Source: Deltaproteobacteria bacterium (GTDB lineage Bacteria; Myxococcota; B64-G9). Taken from it: a stretch of DNA of 36,112 nucleotides. A program made the position numbers and the translations under genes. Under the pieces are notes generated by a model. The model searched no databases. It worked only from the letters and a program-made list of their open reading frames with translations, and was not told the DNA's origin. Location: assembly GCA_003647095.1 (NCBI GenBank), contig QMME01000002.1, positions 1 through 36,112 of the forward strand. The letters are read 5' to 3'. This document shows positions 1 through 8,563 of this stretch, piece after piece (the first letter of the stretch is position 1; each line of letters starts with the position of its first letter).

Positions 1-2
1 AG

Positions 3-788
3 ATCCTCACCGTCATCGGTGACGTTGCCGAGCAGACCAATCTGCTGGCGCTCAACGCCGCCATCATCGCCGCCGCCGCCGGTGAACACGGCAAGGGCTT
101 TGCGGTCGTGGCCGACGAGATCAAGGAACTGGCTGATCGCACCTCCACCTCGACCAAGGAAATCTCGGGTCTCATCCGTGGCGTGCAGAGCGACTCGCGG
201 CTGGCCATCGATGCCGTGCAGCGTGGCAGCGGCAGCGTTCGCAAGGGAGTGGAGCTTGCCAATCGTGCTGATCGGGCCTTGCAGCAGATCCTCGAGTCGG
301 TACGCCAGGTAACGCAAATGGCCAACAGCATCGCCAAGTCGATCGGAGAGCATTCCAGCATGACCCAGTCCATCGCCAAGTCAATGAACCAGATGAGCGA
401 GATGGTGCACTTGATCAAGAGAGCGGTGTCAGAACAGTCCGCCGGGGGCAGCCGAATTCATCAGGTCTCCGAGCAGATGCGCGAAGACTCGCGTTTCGTC
501 CAGCGCAGTGCCAGCGAACAGGTCAAGGCAGTCGAGGGTGTAAGCCGGAACATGGAAAAAATCGCCGACATGCTCAAGTTCATCGGCAAGGCCATGACGG
601 AGCAGTCGAGTGGTGTCGAGCACATCAGCAAGGTGGCCGAGGACGTGCGCAACATGATGGAAGAAGAGCGCACTATTACAGCCGACATCGAGGAACTGGC
701 CAGCCGTCTTTGTTCCCAGGCTTCTACCTGTGGCGAGCTCTTGGGCGGCGTTGAAGAAGAAGAGGAAGCGTCCGCGAGGGATGAATAA
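3..788 (+). CDS. Methyl-accepting chemotaxis protein, C-terminal signalling/adaptation part (5' end lies outside the window)
   Basis: The frame is open from the window edge, so the ORF-track Met at 108 is internal. Bases 3-130 translate to [47 protein letters not shown], the near-invariant MCP signalling-hairpin tip. Heptad-like helical sequence follows. The TAA stop at 786-788 overlaps the next ATG. Confidence 0.92.
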   Translation: MLTVIGDVAEQTNLLALNAAIIAAAAGEHGKGFAVVADEIKELADRTSTSTKEISGLIRGVQSDSRLAIDAVQRGSGSVRKGVELANRADRALQQILESVRQVTQMANSIAKSIGEHSSMTQSIAKSMNQMSEMVHLIKRAVSEQSAGGSRIHQVSEQMREDSRFVQRSASEQVKAVEGVSRNMEKIADMLKFIGKAMTEQSSGVEHISKVAEDVRNMMEEERTITADIEELASRLCSQASTCGELLGGVEEEEEASARDE

Positions 789-2821
789 TGGATGTCGAGC
801 TACAACCTGCCATTTCCGCGCTGGATAGTTCTGTAGAGGAGATTCGCTACCGAGCCGCGCAACGGCTGTTTACCGGAAAACAACTTCCCGAGAAGGAAGT
901 GTTGTTGCGTCTGCTGGCCGATGCCAGCTGGCGGGTGCGCAAGTTCGCCGTGGAGAAGTTGCTGGAGCAAAGCATTCCCACCGAGGTGGTCAGGACGTTG
1001 GTGGGGGCTCTGGCCGAGCAGGATAATGCCGGCCTGCGCAATGCAGCGGCCGAGGTACTGGCCCGTTGCGGTCCGGCAGCTGTGGAACCCCTGCTGGAGG
1101 TACTGGCCACGGGTGGTGTGGACGAGCGCAAGCTGGCCGCGGATATTCTCGGAGAAATCGGCGAATCTGCTGCTGTCGGTGGCTTGTTGCAGCGACTGGA
1201 TGATGATGATGAAAACGTGCGCGCGGCGGCCATAGAGGCCCTGGGCGGACTGGGTGATCGCTCGCTGGCACCCCGACTGGTGGAGCAGATGCAGCGGGAC
1301 GGCCTGATGGTTCGCCTCTCCTGCCTGGATGCCCTCGATCGGCTCGGAGCCGATGCTCCCCTGGAGTTGCTCTTGGATTTGCTGCAGACAGGTCCCCTGC
1401 GACCAATGGTCTACCGCTTGCTGGGACGAGCGCGCCGGCAACTGGTTTTACCGCTGTTGGTAAAGGGCTTGCAGGCTCGGGGTCGGGTGGAAAGAGCCTC
1501 TGCCGCACGGGCGCTGGTGGAATATGCCTTGCTGACCGACCAGCAGGGCCGGGTTGACGTCAGGGTGGAGTTGGCGCGCCTGGGCGATGAGCTGATGAAC
1601 ACCCTGGCCGGCATGCTGGCCAGCAGTGTTCGCGAGGACCGTGAAGCGGCCGTGATGTTGCTGGGCTGGAGCGGCCGCGAACGGGCCGCGGAGTTGCTAT
1701 TGCCGGTCGCCGAGGATCCGGCATTGCGTGAGCAGGTTCGAGAAGCCCTGCTGGGGTTGGGACAGAGGGTGGTTGGCGAGCTGGAAGAGAAATTTGACCA
1801 GGCAAGTAGCAATCAAAAGACCCTCATTCTCGAAGTGCTGGGACAGTTGCAGAATGCCTCCAGCGTCCCACGGTTGCTGGAGGCCATCCTCGATCAGGAC
1901 GAGGATGTCACCCGGGCTGCCCAGTCTGCTCTTGCCCGGGTGGCCAGAGTGGAAGTGGTGGAAACGCTGACATCATTTCTACAGCGTAACTTCGCCACCC
2001 ATGCTGATAGCCTGGTAGGCGCTCTGGTGGCACTGGGCAAGAGTTTTCAACGCGAAGTGGTTCAGGCCATGGAGCCGCTGCTGCAGCAACAACAAGCGCA
2101 ATTGCGGCAAGCTGCTGCCCAGGTAATCTGTGCCTTGGCCCGTCTGGAAAACCAGGACCAGGTCATGCACCTGGCGGCAGACCACGATCCCGCCATCAGG
2201 GCGGCGGCGGTTTCTGCCCTGGGCAGGATTGGTGGTGGTCAGGCTAGCTATGAACGCCTGCGCCTGGCCCTGGCCGATGAGGACAACCATGTGCGCCTGG
2301 CCGCCGTCAGGGCCTTGGCCGGTCGGGACGATGAAGGCCTGCTGTCCTTACTGGTCATTGCCCTTAGAGATCCCGACGCCTTGGTGGTTCGCGAAGCACT
2401 GGTGGCGCTGGGCAATACGGGGGATCGTTCTCTGGGAGCGCATATTCGCCCACTGCTGTCTGAAGACGACGGCATGGTAGCCGGAGAAGCAGCGCGGGCC
2501 CTGGTAAAACTCAAGTGGGACGATGATCCCAGCTGGTTGGATGAGGCTTGCCAGCACCCCGACGCAGAAGTGTTGCGAGAAGTACTGGCCAGTTGCCAGG
2601 GGTGGCCGGTCGAGAAAGTGCGCTTCTTGGTTCTGGCTGGATTGCGGCATGCCAGCTGGTCGGTAAGGGTACAGGCCGCCAAGACGGTGGAAGCCCTGGG
2701 CGACGTGGAATGTCTACATGCGCTCAAGGAGAGCGTGGAAAAAGAGGATGAGGACTGGGTCAGGGAGACCATGCAACAGATTCTCAAACGACGTTTGGCG
2801 GCTGAATCGAAGCGCCCATGA
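788..2821 (+). CDS. HEAT-repeat (PBS-lyase-type) protein embedded in the che operon
   Basis: 677-aa ORF whose ATG overlaps the MCP stop (TAATG). The HEAT/PBS-lyase signature recurs many times: DASWRVRKFAVEKL, DDDENVRAAAIEALGGLGD, DHDPAIRAAAVSALGRIG, DEDNHVRLAAVRALAG, DPDALVVREALVALGNTGD, HASWSVRVQAAKTVEALGD. Confidence 0.85.
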   Translation: MDVELQPAISALDSSVEEIRYRAAQRLFTGKQLPEKEVLLRLLADASWRVRKFAVEKLLEQSIPTEVVRTLVGALAEQDNAGLRNAAAEVLARCGPAAVEPLLEVLATGGVDERKLAADILGEIGESAAVGGLLQRLDDDDENVRAAAIEALGGLGDRSLAPRLVEQMQRDGLMVRLSCLDALDRLGADAPLELLLDLLQTGPLRPMVYRLLGRARRQLVLPLLVKGLQARGRVERASAARALVEYALLTDQQGRVDVRVELARLGDELMNTLAGMLASSVREDREAAVMLLGWSGRERAAELLLPVAEDPALREQVREALLGLGQRVVGELEEKFDQASSNQKTLILEVLGQLQNASSVPRLLEAILDQDEDVTRAAQSALARVARVEVVETLTSFLQRNFATHADSLVGALVALGKSFQREVVQAMEPLLQQQQAQLRQAAAQVICALARLENQDQVMHLAADHDPAIRAAAVSALGRIGGGQASYERLRLALADEDNHVRLAAVRALAGRDDEGLLSLLVIALRDPDALVVREALVALGNTGDRSLGAHIRPLLSEDDGMVAGEAARALVKLKWDDDPSWLDEACQHPDAEVLREVLASCQGWPVEKVRFLVLAGLRHASWSVRVQAAKTVEALGDVECLHALKESVEKEDEDWVRETMQQILKRRLAAESKRP

Positions 2822-2850
2822 GTAACTGGCCACGGGGCCATGGTGACTGA

Positions 2851-3717
2851 GTGGTCGAGCAATCCCTAAAGATGTCTGAAGACGAGTTTCGCCTGCTACG
2901 TGACCTGGTCTACGAATTCTGCGGGATATTCTTTCAGGACGACGTCCGCTACCTGTTGGAAAAGCGGCTGGCGAGCCGGGTACGGGCCCAGGGGTTACAG
3001 TCGTTCAACGATTATTACCGCCTGGTACGTTACAGCAAGGATCGCGGTCAGGAACTGGAGCAAATCGTCGAGCTACTCACCACCAACGAAACCTACTTCT
3101 TTCGCGAAGCCTACCAGCTGAGAGCTTTTTCCGAGGAAATCTTGCCGGAGCTGATCGACAGACGGCAACGGCAAAGGCGGCTGCGTTTCTGGTCCGCCGG
3201 TTGTTCCACTGGAGAAGAGGCCTATACCATTGCCATGCTGGTGCTGGAGCGTGAGGAACTGACTGGCTGGGATGTTGAAATCTTTGCCAATGATATTTCC
3301 CGCAAGGTGATCCAGACGGCTCGGCGCGGAGTCTACGGAAAGTCCTCTTTCCGTTCCATCGACAACTATTACCTGAACAAGTATTTTCGACAGCAGGGCA
3401 ACACCTGGGTGATAGCAGACCGGGTCAGGGAAATGGTCAGCTTCGGTCAGCTCAACCTGCTCGACGACGAGATGCTGGCCCTGATTGGACTGGCCGATGT
3501 CATCTTCTGTCGCAACGTACTCATCTATTTCAACCAGTCGGCCCGCCTGAAAGTGGTAAGGGCTTTCTATGAGAAGCTGGCCGAGGGTGGCTACCTGTTG
3601 CTGGGCCACTCGGAATCGTTGCTCAACGTGAGTACGGATTTCGAGCTGGTTCACCTCAAGAACGACATGGTCTATCGTAAACCGGCACTGGGGGGCACGC
3701 AAGGAGCGGAAGGATGA
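2851..3717 (+). CDS. cheR: Chemotaxis protein methyltransferase CheR
   Basis: Motifs TNETYFFRE, RFWSAGCSTGEEAYTIAMLV, IFANDIS..VIQTARRGVY and DVIFCRNVLIYFN (SAM-binding CheR fold). An alternative start at ATG 2872 (MSEDEFRLLRDLV) is equally plausible. Confidence 0.92.
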   Translation: MVEQSLKMSEDEFRLLRDLVYEFCGIFFQDDVRYLLEKRLASRVRAQGLQSFNDYYRLVRYSKDRGQELEQIVELLTTNETYFFREAYQLRAFSEEILPELIDRRQRQRRLRFWSAGCSTGEEAYTIAMLVLEREELTGWDVEIFANDISRKVIQTARRGVYGKSSFRSIDNYYLNKYFRQQGNTWVIADRVREMVSFGQLNLLDDEMLALIGLADVIFCRNVLIYFNQSARLKVVRAFYEKLAEGGYLLLGHSESLLNVSTDFELVHLKNDMVYRKPALGGTQGAEG

Positions 3718-4799
3718 GTCGAGTCATGGTGACTGGTAAGATTCGTGTTCTGGTGGTAGATGACTCGGCCTACAACCGGCAGGCGATAGTGGAGATGTTG
3801 GAGTCGGACGACGAGATCGAGGTGGTGGGATTGGCCTCCAACGGAGAGGAGGGGATCAAGGAAGCTGCACGCCTGCGCCCGGACATCATCACCCTCGATC
3901 TGGAAATGCCCCGCATGGATGGTTTTACCTTCCTGCGAATACTCATGAGTCGGCAGGCGACACCGGTGATTGTGATCAGCTCATACAGTCGCAAACAGAA
4001 CGTATTCAAGGCCATGGAGCTGGGGGCCCTGGACTTCATCGCCAAGCCCACCCGCTACCTGTCACCCGAGGTCCACAAGATCAAGGACGAATTGCTCGAG
4101 AAGATCAGGCTGGTGCGCCAGCTCCGGACGGAAGGTCTGAAGAGGGTGAGTGGAGGCTCTTCCTCTCCATTGCCGGCGGTGGAAATATCAAGTGAAGTTG
4201 ACGCGGTGGAAATTGCGGTCCTGGCCATTGGGGCCTCCACCGGTGGCCCCCAGGCCCTGCAGCGTGTTCTACAACGGGTTCCCAGCAACGCCCGAGCTTG
4301 TTACCTGGTTGCCCAGCATATGCCCGAGGGCTTTACCAGGGCGTTTGCCGAGCGATTGAATCGCCTCTGCGGCCTGCATGTCTGTGAGGCCGAGGGCGAG
4401 CAGGTATTGCGGGCCGGGCAGGTACTCGTGGCTCCGGGCGGTAACAACCTGGTGGTGGAGCGCCGTCAGGAGCAGTTGCTGGCTAAGATCGTGGAACCGG
4501 CCGAAGATGCCAAGTATGTTCCTTCAATAGATCTCTTGTTCTCGTCCTTGGCCCGGGCAATGGGTCACCAATGCATGGCTATCCTGCTCACCGGCATGGG
4601 TTCCGATGGCTGCCAGGGCATGCAGGCGGTAAAGGCTGCCGGGGGACGTACTGTGGCCGAGTCGGAGGAGACAGCGGTGGTTTTCGGCATGCCCAAGGAG
4701 GCCATCGATTCCGGCAGCGTGGACCAGATCGCCCACCTTGACGATATTCCTTCGGTAATCAAGTTGTTCTTGGAAAAACAAGGGGATGGCAATGATTGA
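3714..4799 (+). CDS. cheB: Protein-glutamate methylesterase/response regulator CheB
   Basis: The ATG overlaps the cheR stop (ATGA). N-terminal receiver domain (VLVVDDS..., ITLDLEMPRMDG, DFIAKP). C-terminal esterase domain (LAIGASTGGPQAL, VAQHMPEGFT, ILLTGMGSDG, VVFGMPKEAI). Confidence 0.93.
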   Translation: MSRVMVTGKIRVLVVDDSAYNRQAIVEMLESDDEIEVVGLASNGEEGIKEAARLRPDIITLDLEMPRMDGFTFLRILMSRQATPVIVISSYSRKQNVFKAMELGALDFIAKPTRYLSPEVHKIKDELLEKIRLVRQLRTEGLKRVSGGSSSPLPAVEISSEVDAVEIAVLAIGASTGGPQALQRVLQRVPSNARACYLVAQHMPEGFTRAFAERLNRLCGLHVCEAEGEQVLRAGQVLVAPGGNNLVVERRQEQLLAKIVEPAEDAKYVPSIDLLFSSLARAMGHQCMAILLTGMGSDGCQGMQAVKAAGGRTVAESEETAVVFGMPKEAIDSGSVDQIAHLDDIPSVIKLFLEKQGDGND

Positions 4800-4870
4800 A
4801 ATGCGCCGATCAAGGTGGTATGGTTGGCGAACAACCGGGGTGACAACGGAGGCTGCCAGCAGAGAGTAAA

Positions 4871-5707
4871 ATGAGCGAGGATAGAGAGAATAAAGGTAAA
4901 CGTGAAGCAGGTGAGGAACCCGCCGCCGAGGAATTTCTGAAGGTGTTTCGGCGCGGTGTGCAGTTTACCGAGGAACTGTTGAGAGAAAACGAGCGCCTGC
5001 GTGTCCGGCTGGTACGTCTCGAGGAAGAACACCGGGTGCTGGCACAGAAACGCCTGGGACCGGACAACTACCGGCAACTGCTGGACCAACTCCAGGAACT
5101 GGATGAGCAACGCAACCAGCTGCTTGAGCGGTTTCGTGCCGTTGAAAGCGAGAACCGGGATTACTTGAAGCGCTACGAGGAGATGGAGCAAGAGTACAAC
5201 CGCCTGGCCAATCTCTATATCGCCAGCTACCAACTACACTCCTCCCTGGACTTGCGAGAGGTAGTTCGCGTCACCTTCGAGATCATTGTGAATCTCATTG
5301 GTGGGGAAGTGTTTTGCCTGTACGTACTCGACGGCAATCGCCTCCTGCCGGTGCGGGGAGAGAAATGTGTCATCGAGCAACTTTCACCGTTGACGATGGG
5401 TCGGGGAGTAGCGGGCAAGGCGGCTCAGGATGGCACACCATACGTTGACAGCGGCAACCTGGCCAAGGCCGAGGGCGACAAGCCGCGGGTCTGTATTCCG
5501 CTGGCGGTTGCCGGGGAGACACTGGGAGTGATTTGTATTTTCAAGTTCCTGGAACACAAGCCCTGTGTGACCGAGCTCGACCGGGAGCTGTTTGGCCTGC
5601 TGGGTTTGCATTCCGCAACGGCCATGGCGGCGGCTCGGCTACATGCCGAAGCGGGCAAGATACCACACGACGCGGAGGGGTTCCGCCGGATGCTGGCCTC
5701 TGATTGA
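4871..5707 (+). CDS. Coiled-coil plus GAF domain protein
   Basis: The N-terminal ~110 aa are heptad-rich (EELLRENERLRVRLVRLEEEHRVL..., LQELDEQRNQLLERFRAVESENRDYLKRYEEMEQEYNRL). The C-terminal ~150 aa have a GAF-like pattern (LDLREVVRVTFEIIVNLIGGEVFCLYVLDG...GVAGKAAQDG.PYV...CIPLAVAGETLGVICIFKF...ELDRELFGLLGLHSATAMAAARL). Confidence 0.75.
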   Translation: MSEDRENKGKREAGEEPAAEEFLKVFRRGVQFTEELLRENERLRVRLVRLEEEHRVLAQKRLGPDNYRQLLDQLQELDEQRNQLLERFRAVESENRDYLKRYEEMEQEYNRLANLYIASYQLHSSLDLREVVRVTFEIIVNLIGGEVFCLYVLDGNRLLPVRGEKCVIEQLSPLTMGRGVAGKAAQDGTPYVDSGNLAKAEGDKPRVCIPLAVAGETLGVICIFKFLEHKPCVTELDRELFGLLGLHSATAMAAARLHAEAGKIPHDAEGFRRMLASD

Positions 5708-5733
5708 GGACGGCATCCAGGGAGACGAGGGAG

Positions 5734-6111
5734 ATGCCGGAGTCGATTCGAGCACTGGTTGTTGAGGACTCGCCCACCATGAGGCAATTGATCTGCTTCG
5801 CCTTGCGTCGCATAAAGGGGATCGAGGTGGTAGAGGCTGACGATGGTGTCGATGGCCTGAAGAAACTGGCCAACGGCCCCTTTCATATTATCATCACCGA
5901 CATCAACATGCCCGTCATGGATGGCCTCAAGCTGGTAAGCCTGGTGCGTTCCGACGACAAGTGGAAGGAAGTACCCATCGTGATAATCACCACCGAGGGA
6001 GCGGCCGAGGACCGACAGCGGGCGCTTAGCCTGGGGGCCAATGCCTACATCACCAAGCCCATCCAGGCCCCTCAGGTGATTGCCTGTGTTAAGAAACTAT
6101 TGAATCTGTAA
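5734..6111 (+). CDS. cheY: CheY-like single-domain response regulator
   Basis: Motifs ALVVEDS, IITDINMPVMDG (phospho-Asp), PIVIITTEG and AYITKP. ATG 5734 is preceded by GGGAG. The ORF-track start at 5704 is a TTG overlapping the GAF gene. Confidence 0.9.
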   Translation: MPESIRALVVEDSPTMRQLICFALRRIKGIEVVEADDGVDGLKKLANGPFHIIITDINMPVMDGLKLVSLVRSDDKWKEVPIVIITTEGAAEDRQRALSLGANAYITKPIQAPQVIACVKKLLNL

Positions 6112-6113
6112 AG

Positions 6114-6142
6114 TTGACAGCAACTTACTCCTGCACTAGCAT
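6114..6142 (+). promoter_or_regulatory. Sigma70-like promoter candidate (TTGACA-N17-TAGCAT)
   Basis: TTGACA at 6114-6119, a 17-nt spacer, then TAGCAT at 6137-6142. It lies directly after the cheY stop and upstream of the 6160/6181 ORF. Confidence 0.4.
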
Positions 6143-6159
6143 GACTGCGAAGATCGGGT

Positions 6160-7236
6160 TTGCTTGAACAGAGGGGCAGCGTGTTGAAATCTCGGCTGCC
6201 AGAGCGTGGTGTGGTGTCGGCCCTGATCGTCGTGGTCATGGTGATGCTGGGGGTCTATTCGTCATCAGGGGCCGAGAACGATGGCTATAAGCGCAGTCTC
6301 TACTACCGGGCCATCACTTACCATCACCTGGTGACCAGCGTCAAACAGGTCGATCTGGATGGCGACGGCAATCAGGAAGTGATCGTCTGTTATCGTGAAC
6401 CGGGCGACGCCGTCGATCTCCCTGGTGGCATCTTGATCCTGGGTGAAGGTGTACAGGGATACCGGGTATTGTGGCACGGCTACTTCAAGGGACTGTATCC
6501 CCGGAACCTGACAGTGACGGTTCCGACCCTGGATGTCGAATTCGTGCAGACTTCCCTGGACGGGGATCATGGCTTTCACAAGCGGCTGGTGCACGGCAAG
6601 GATTTCTACTTCCGCGGTGAGGCCGGGGATCCCTTCGCCAAGGTGAAAATCACCGCCTCCTCCACGCTGTCCGAGGAGACCTCTCCCGGCAACGTCATGG
6701 ATGGCGATCTCAGGTCTGCCTGGGCCGAGGGGGCCGAGGGCACCGGCGTGGGGGAGAAGCTGGTATTCGAGTTCCCCAGGCCCGTAAATCTGGGCCTGAT
6801 CGGCATGTTGCATGGTTTCGCGCGCAGCAAGCGCGACTGGCTGGACAACAATCGCGTACACCGGGCCGAGGTCACCGTGGAGACCAGTGCAGATCGCTAC
6901 GACACCGCCAGCGAGGTTGACCTGGATTCCGATTTGGGACTGGGCATCTACGGCGACATGGTGGAGATGAGCTTTTCCAATAAACCCCTGTTGCGTTATT
7001 TCCGCCTGGAAAAATCCTCGGTTGTCAGCCTCGAAGTGAAGATTACCTCGGTACTGCTCGGCGAGAAGAATGACGATGCCTACATCGCCGAGATTGACTT
7101 CGCCGAGATGTTCACCCGGCAGCAGTTGCTGGGCGAACCCGGCAAGAAACAGCAGGCACCTGCCGCCAAGTCCTCCGCGAAGAAGGGTCCAACCGACGAG
7201 GAGAAGGAAGACACCAGCGACTGGTTGGAGGAGTAG
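6160..7236 (+). CDS. Membrane-anchored protein with an FG-GAP-like DxDxDG motif and a discoidin/galactose-binding-like domain, plus a Lys/Glu-rich tail
   Basis: N-terminal hydrophobic anchor (VVSALIVVVMVMLGVY). DLDGDGNQEVIV motif. ASSTL....PGNVMDGDLRSAWAEGAEGTGVGEKLVFEFPRPVNLGLIGMLHGFA matches the jelly-roll carbohydrate-binding signature (D-G-D-x-x-T/S-A-W...G-E-W/K-L-x-F-x-F). GTG 6181, preceded by AGAGGGG, is a likely alternative start. Confidence 0.6.
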   Translation: MLEQRGSVLKSRLPERGVVSALIVVVMVMLGVYSSSGAENDGYKRSLYYRAITYHHLVTSVKQVDLDGDGNQEVIVCYREPGDAVDLPGGILILGEGVQGYRVLWHGYFKGLYPRNLTVTVPTLDVEFVQTSLDGDHGFHKRLVHGKDFYFRGEAGDPFAKVKITASSTLSEETSPGNVMDGDLRSAWAEGAEGTGVGEKLVFEFPRPVNLGLIGMLHGFARSKRDWLDNNRVHRAEVTVETSADRYDTASEVDLDSDLGLGIYGDMVEMSFSNKPLLRYFRLEKSSVVSLEVKITSVLLGEKNDDAYIAEIDFAEMFTRQQLLGEPGKKQQAPAAKSSAKKGPTDEEKEDTSDWLEE

Positions 7237-7247
7237 CCAGCTAGTCG

Positions 7248-7877
7248 TTACTTGGTCCTGTCGCTGCGGTGATACCCCAGTCGGCGGGCTACTTCCGGTT
7301 CCAACAGGCCGCGAACGCCGTATTCCAGGATTTCCCGCACCAGTACATCCCGGCGCGGCAGCTTGCGACCGATGGCGATTTGGTAGAGCACTTCCTTGAC
7401 GCTACCGATGATGCACACGGCAACCACCCGGGTGTCGACCGGACGGACCACCTTCATCTGCCTGCCCAGTACCAGGGAACGAGATGTCAGCTCCAGCAGG
7501 CGGTCGTAGAACTCGTAGACCTTCTTGTCGAAGCCAGGGTCCAGCCCCACCGCCTCCGACATCAGGATGCGCAGCATGGCCCGGTTGTCCAGCATCAACT
7601 GCAACACCGCGTCGATGTTGGCCTCCATCTGGGCCAGCACTCCGGCCGCCCCGCGACCGGGATCGATACGCTTGACGCTGTTGTGCAATAATTCGAACAA
7701 GTCGTCCAGCAACTGGTCGAACAGGGCCCGCTTGGAGCCGAAGTACAGGTAGAAGGTGCCGCGGGCCACGCCGGCCTTGTTGATGATGTCGGATACCGTA
7801 GCTGCATGGTAGCCCTTGGTGGCGAATACCTCCAGGGCGCTTTCCAAAATGTGAGCGCGGCGCTGCTCTTTCTTCAA
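7248..7877 (-). CDS. TetR/AcrR family transcriptional regulator
   Basis: N-terminal HTH: RRAHILESALEVFATKGYHAATVSDIINKAGVARGTFYLYFGSKRALFDQLL. About 200 aa, with a helical C-terminal ligand domain. Confidence 0.9.
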   Translation of the reverse strand: MKKEQRRAHILESALEVFATKGYHAATVSDIINKAGVARGTFYLYFGSKRALFDQLLDDLFELLHNSVKRIDPGRGAAGVLAQMEANIDAVLQLMLDNRAMLRILMSEAVGLDPGFDKKVYEFYDRLLELTSRSLVLGRQMKVVRPVDTRVVAVCIIGSVKEVLYQIAIGRKLPRRDVLVREILEYGVRGLLEPEVARRLGYHRSDRTK

Positions 7878-7958
7878 CGCTGAGGACCTCTTGGGGAAAA
7901 CAGAAATTGTTCCCGCCCGGCAGGTCGGTGCCTGCGGGTGGGATGCCGGGCAGCAGGC

Positions 7959-8348
7959 CTACTTCATTACATTCATGGCCGCGCTGATCTTGGCGGCCTG
8001 CTCGGGACACTTCTGGTTGAGTTCCATCACCGTGGCCATGGAGTCCTGGATCAGCGATCCCATCTTCTTCATGGCCTCCTCGGCGTATTTCTTCTTTTGC
8101 TCGTCGGACATGCTCTTTTCCATGGCTTCGCCCTGTTTCTTGAGCTCGGCAAACTCGGCCTGGTGATCGCTCTTGTACTTCTCCAGTGCAGCCACTACCT
8201 TGTTGCAATCGTCCTTGTTGTCCTTGATGATCTTCATCATGGCCTTGGTGTGTCCGATCATGGCATCGAGAGGATCGGATGATTTCTTGGAACATCCCCA
8301 CGACAATACCAGGGCGGTGGCGGCGGCGAGTACCAGTAGCTTTTTCAT
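7959..8348 (-). CDS. Small Lys-rich helical lipoprotein (unknown function)
   Basis: MKKLLVLAAATALVLSWGC is a signal peptide with lipobox L-S-W-G-C. The mature part is Lys/Glu/Met-rich with two Cys (DDCNK, QKCPEQ). RBS GGAGGAA lies upstream. The gene sits 81 nt upstream of the TetR gene on the same strand. Confidence 0.7.
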   Translation of the reverse strand: MKKLLVLAAATALVLSWGCSKKSSDPLDAMIGHTKAMMKIIKDNKDDCNKVVAALEKYKSDHQAEFAELKKQGEAMEKSMSDEQKKKYAEEAMKKMGSLIQDSMATVMELNQKCPEQAAKISAAMNVMK

Positions 8349-8563
8349 TTTTCCTCCGGGTTTGGGATATGGGTTCCTTGTGCGTTACCGTGGTTGTCGT
8401 CGCTGCTCGATTGCCTACGGAGCAAAGCAGAAAATTTCTTTCCGGTCAACCAGAATCGGCCCCGCTGGCGGTGTAGCTGCAAGGTTGTCAAGGGTTGATT
8501 TTTTATTGCTGGCGATGGCATGTAGAAAGTGGTGGTCAAGGTGGTACCGGAGAAGGAGGTTAC

